A DNA stretch of 64,000 nt from Candidatus Omnitrophota bacterium (GTDB lineage Bacteria > Omnitrophota > Gorgyraeia > B26-G9): assembly GCA_043805415.1 (NCBI GenBank), contig JAZDHZ010000009.1, positions 13,973 to 77,972 on the forward strand. Direction: 5' to 3'. Below are positions 60,723 through 64,000 of the stretch, piece by piece. The position numbers were made by a program, and so were the translations under genes. A model generated the notes under the pieces. It was not told where the DNA came from, searched no databases, and worked only from the letters and a program-made list of their open reading frames with translations. The stretch's first letter is position 1, and each line of letters opens with the position of its first letter.

Positions 60723-61706
60723 ATGAAAAAAAAGATTCTAAGCGGAATGCGTCCCACCGGAAGACTCCATTTAGGGCACTTAGTTGGTGCGCTTAAAAAC
60801 TGGAGTCAATTACAGGATGAGTATGACTGCTTGTTCATGGTTGCTGATTGGCATGCCTTGATGAGTGAATACAAAAATCCTGAAAATCTAAAAGATTATT
60901 CTTTGGATAATGTTATTGATTGGATCAGCTGCGGAATTGATCCTGAGAAATCAACTCTATTTATCCAATCCCATGTTCCAGAGCATCTAGAACTTTATAT
61001 GAGTCTTTCTTGCATAACTCCGCTGGGTTTGCTGGAAAGATGTCCGACTTATAAAGAGCAGCTGCGCGAGCTCAAGACCCGAGAAGTTAATAACTATGCT
61101 TTTTTAGGCTATCCAGTATTGCAAGCAGCGGACATTTTGCTTTATAAAGCAGAGGTAGTTCCAGTGGGAGAAGACCAATTGCCGCATCTGGAACTTACTC
61201 GTGAAATTTCTAATCGGTTTAATCTGATTTTTAAAAATCAGATTTTTCCTGAACCGCAAGCAATGTTAACTAAGTTTCCTCGGCTTTTAGGACTTGATGG
61301 CCGAAAAATGTCTAAAAGTTATGATAATTATATCGGCTTGAGTGATGAGCCTGAGATGATATATACAAAAGTCAGAACCATGATCACTGATCCAAAAAGA
61401 ATTAGAAAAACTGATCCCGGGCATCCGGAAGTATGTAATGTATATAGCTATTATAAGGTTTTTACTGATCAGCAATTGTGTTCCGGAGTAGCAGAACAGT
61501 GTAAAAATGCCCGGATCGGCTGTACTGATTGTAAAAAAAGACTTGGTGATGTATTGGTTAAATTTCTCCAGCCAATCCAGGCAAAACGAAAAGAATTGAT
61601 AAATGATAAAAAAACAATATTAAAAATTCTGGAAACAGGCCGGGAAAAGGCCGCAACTATTGCTCGAGCTACAATGAAAGAAGTTCGTCAGGCGGTGGGC
61701 TTGTGA
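60723..61706 (+). CDS. trpS: Tryptophan--tRNA ligase
   Basis: SGMRPTGRLHLGH, YPVLQAADIL, PVGEDQLPH, KMSKS. Confidence 0.97.
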   Translation: MKKKILSGMRPTGRLHLGHLVGALKNWSQLQDEYDCLFMVADWHALMSEYKNPENLKDYSLDNVIDWISCGIDPEKSTLFIQSHVPEHLELYMSLSCITPLGLLERCPTYKEQLRELKTREVNNYAFLGYPVLQAADILLYKAEVVPVGEDQLPHLELTREISNRFNLIFKNQIFPEPQAMLTKFPRLLGLDGRKMSKSYDNYIGLSDEPEMIYTKVRTMITDPKRIRKTDPGHPEVCNVYSYYKVFTDQQLCSGVAEQCKNARIGCTDCKKRLGDVLVKFLQPIQAKRKELINDKKTILKILETGREKAATIARATMKEVRQAVGL

Positions 61707-62446
61707 GTTATAAAATTAAGTTGGAAATTTTTGAAGGACCTTTAGATCTATTGCTTTATCTGATCAAAAGAAATCATCTGGATATTACCGATATCCCGGT
61801 GGCTAAGGTTACCGAGCAATATATGCAGTATTTGGAGCTGATGCGTCTGCTTGATCTGGGAATTGCCGGTGAGTTTTTAGTTATGGCCGCTACATTGATG
61901 CATATAAAATCCAAGATGCTTTTACCTCCGGATCAAACCGAAGAAGAGGTTTTAGAAGAAGATCCGCGCGCGGAGTTAATTAAAAAGCTTTTGGAATATA
62001 AAAAATTTAAAGAAGCCGCTAGCTTTTTAGAAGATAAAGAGTCTATCCAAAGAAAAGTTTTTAAACGGGTAAACCCAGCGGCTAATATAGAAGGCGAAGA
62101 AGAAGTATTTTTCGAAACAAGATTATTTGATTTAATCGGGGCTTTTTCTAAAGCGCTAAAAGATATTCCGAAAGATCTTTTTCGGGAAATTATAAAAGAT
62201 GAGTTTACCGTAGAGGGGAAAATACATGATTTATTGCATACGCTTGTGGCAAAAAGGAAAATCCTGTTAAATGATCTTTTTCAAGCCTCGAAAAATAAAT
62301 ATGAAATTATTGCTACTTTTCTTGCTGTCTTAGAGCTTATTCGTCAGAAAGAAATTGTTGGGGCGCAAAAAGGAATGTTTGGCGATATTTTTATTTTTCT
62401 AAATGAAGAAAGAATTTTACCGGCAATGCATGTACGTACAATATAG
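61703..62446 (+). CDS. scpA: Segregation and condensation protein A
   Basis: FEGPLDLLLYLI, EFLVMAATLMHIKS, FLAVLEL. Confidence 0.95.
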   Translation: MSYKIKLEIFEGPLDLLLYLIKRNHLDITDIPVAKVTEQYMQYLELMRLLDLGIAGEFLVMAATLMHIKSKMLLPPDQTEEEVLEEDPRAELIKKLLEYKKFKEAASFLEDKESIQRKVFKRVNPAANIEGEEEVFFETRLFDLIGAFSKALKDIPKDLFREIIKDEFTVEGKIHDLLHTLVAKRKILLNDLFQASKNKYEIIATFLAVLELIRQKEIVGAQKGMFGDIFIFLNEERILPAMHVRTI

Positions 62447-62457
62447 GAGTGATGATT

Positions 62458-63297
62458 ATGATTGAAGTTGATTTAAATAAAATAATTGAGGCGCTTTTAT
62501 TTGTTAGCGAAAATCCTCTTACTATAAAACAAATTTCGGAAGTTTGTCCAAATCCTAGCCCCGCGGAAATAAAGAAGGTGCTTAAAGATTTACAAGAGCA
62601 CTATAGTGCCCCGGAAAGAGGAATGCAGATTATTGAAGTTGCCGGCGGGTATCAGTTTTGCTCACATCCTGATTGTGAGCCTTATCTGAGCAAGCTTTAT
62701 AAAACAAGGCGCGTGTTTCGGCTGTCTGCTCCGGCTTTGGAAAGTCTTGCCATAATTGCCTATAAACAGCCGGTGACAAGAGCCGAAATGGAATTTATCC
62801 GCGGAGTAAACGTTGATGGAGTTATAAAAAATCTTGAAGAGCGGGAATTGATAAAAACAAAAGGGCGTAAGGAAGTTGCCGGTCGTCCGATGCTTTATGG
62901 CACAACTGAAAAATTTTTACATTATTTTGGTTTAAAATCATTGCAGGATTTACCCAGTCTCGAGGAATTTGCCGCTACTGCTCTGGAAAAAGAAGCGCAA
63001 ATAAAGCAAGAACAAGACGAAGCGAATGAGCAAAATGTGCCAGAGTCCGGGACTGAACCGCAAACGCGGGAAATGACTGACTCTGACGCGAATAATGATC
63101 CGGCAGTTGAGGATTTAGATGTAAATGAGGATGCTCAGCGGGATAATGAACTTGAGATGGGAATGGAATTAGCTGAAAATAGCGAAAATATTCAGGAAGC
63201 TGCGGATGAACCAGTATCTTCAGACCAAGTGCAAACTCAAAGAGGAGATGCATGCCATGAGCAAGATGAGCATACAGAAACTGCGAAAAGCAATTGA
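62458..63297 (+). CDS. scpB: Segregation and condensation protein B with acidic C-terminal extension
   Basis: IIEALLF, LESLAIIAYKQPVTRAE, GRPMLYGTT. Confidence 0.95.
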   Translation: MIEVDLNKIIEALLFVSENPLTIKQISEVCPNPSPAEIKKVLKDLQEHYSAPERGMQIIEVAGGYQFCSHPDCEPYLSKLYKTRRVFRLSAPALESLAIIAYKQPVTRAEMEFIRGVNVDGVIKNLEERELIKTKGRKEVAGRPMLYGTTEKFLHYFGLKSLQDLPSLEEFAATALEKEAQIKQEQDEANEQNVPESGTEPQTREMTDSDANNDPAVEDLDVNEDAQRDNELEMGMELAENSENIQEAADEPVSSDQVQTQRGDACHEQDEHTETAKSN

Positions 63298-64000
63298 CAA
63301 TTTAGATGAAAAACTTATAGAGCTGCTTAATCAGCGGACAAATTTTGCTATAGAAATCGGACAGCTTAAGAAAAAAACCGGTGATTCGGTTTTTATGCCC
63401 GCGCGTGAGCAAAAAGTATATGACAATGTGCGGAAATTTAATAAAGGTCCGCTTAATAGCAAGATGCTTATGGCCATATACAGAGAGATTATGTCATCTA
63501 CCATAATGCTGCAGAATCCAATGAAAGTCGCTTATCTTGGTCCGCGGGCCACTTTTACCAACCTTGCGGCGATTAAAAAATTTGGTTCACAAGTAGAATA
63601 TATTGCCAGTCAAACGATTACGGATGTATTCTCGGAAGTAGAACGGGGACATTGTGATTTTGGCGTGGTGCCTGTGGAAAATTCGATTGAAGGCGCGGTT
63701 AATCATACTTTGGATATGCTGGTTGACTCTGATTTAAATATTTGCTCAGAAATCCGTTTGGATATTGCCCATAATCTTATGGCTAAATGTGCTTTGAAAA
63801 ATGTAAAACGGGTATATAGCAAAGATCAGGTTTTTGGACAATGCCGGATATGGCTGGAAACTCATTTGCCTAATTGTGAGTTAATTGAGGTCACGAGTAC
63901 AACAAAGGCAGCAGAAATCGCCGCAAAAGAAACTAATGCGGCGGCGATTGCCAGTTCTTTGGCAGCTCAGGTATATAAGCTTAATATCCTGGCTGAATCA
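63257..64000 (+). CDS. pheA: Chorismate mutase/prephenate dehydratase (3' truncated by window; not in ORF track)
   Basis: My translation: MSKMSIQKLRKAIDNLDEKLIELLNQR...YREIMS...VAYLGPRATFT...GVVPVENSIEG. Confidence 0.92.
   Translation, partial: MSKMSIQKLRKAIDNLDEKLIELLNQRTNFAIEIGQLKKKTGDSVFMPAREQKVYDNVRKFNKGPLNSKMLMAIYREIMSSTIMLQNPMKVAYLGPRATFTNLAAIKKFGSQVEYIASQTITDVFSEVERGHCDFGVVPVENSIEGAVNHTLDMLVDSDLNICSEIRLDIAHNLMAKCALKNVKRVYSKDQVFGQCRIWLETHLPNCELIEVTSTTKAAEIAAKETNAAAIASSLAAQVYKLNILAES

Noticed and set aside
1546-63253. Numerous short antisense or nested ORFs in the six-frame track
   Set aside because: They lie within well-supported genes and carry no recognisable motifs.

Overview
AT-rich bacterial chromosomal window; almost all genes after 4.6 kb are on the + strand. 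The gene order suggests a diderm of the PVC group such as Omnitrophota, but that is inference only. The first ~30 kb is mostly housekeeping: mnmA end, tRNA-Leu, nfeD-floA cluster, tRNA-Ala, leuS, comEA/comEC, gmhB, leuCDB-asd-truA, aroA, mreBCD-mrdA-rodA, a PAS kinase and a radical SAM gene. Positions ~30.5-56.9 kb form one large type IV pilus locus: response regulator, pilT, a stand-alone MshEN protein, two pilB, pilC, two parallel minor-pilin cassettes, pilS/pilR, a sigma54-driven pilA with two paralogs, a GAF-GGDEF cyclase, fused pilMN, pilO, pilP and pilQ. The window ends with rimP-nusA-infB-trpS-scpAB-pheA. The most striking feature is a ~230-nt leader duplicated in front of each minor-pilin cassette. 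It is a c-di-GMP-I (GEMM) riboswitch with unusual architecture: a 79-nt structured insertion in the aptamer core and two alternative 3' strands. The two copies differ at the ligand-discriminating position 20 (A vs G), suggesting cyclic-dinucleotide-controlled switching between two alternative pilus-tip complexes built on giant PilX-like proteins. Also noted: a TIR-bounded transposase remnant, two REP-like palindromic elements and an apparent excess of CGCG.
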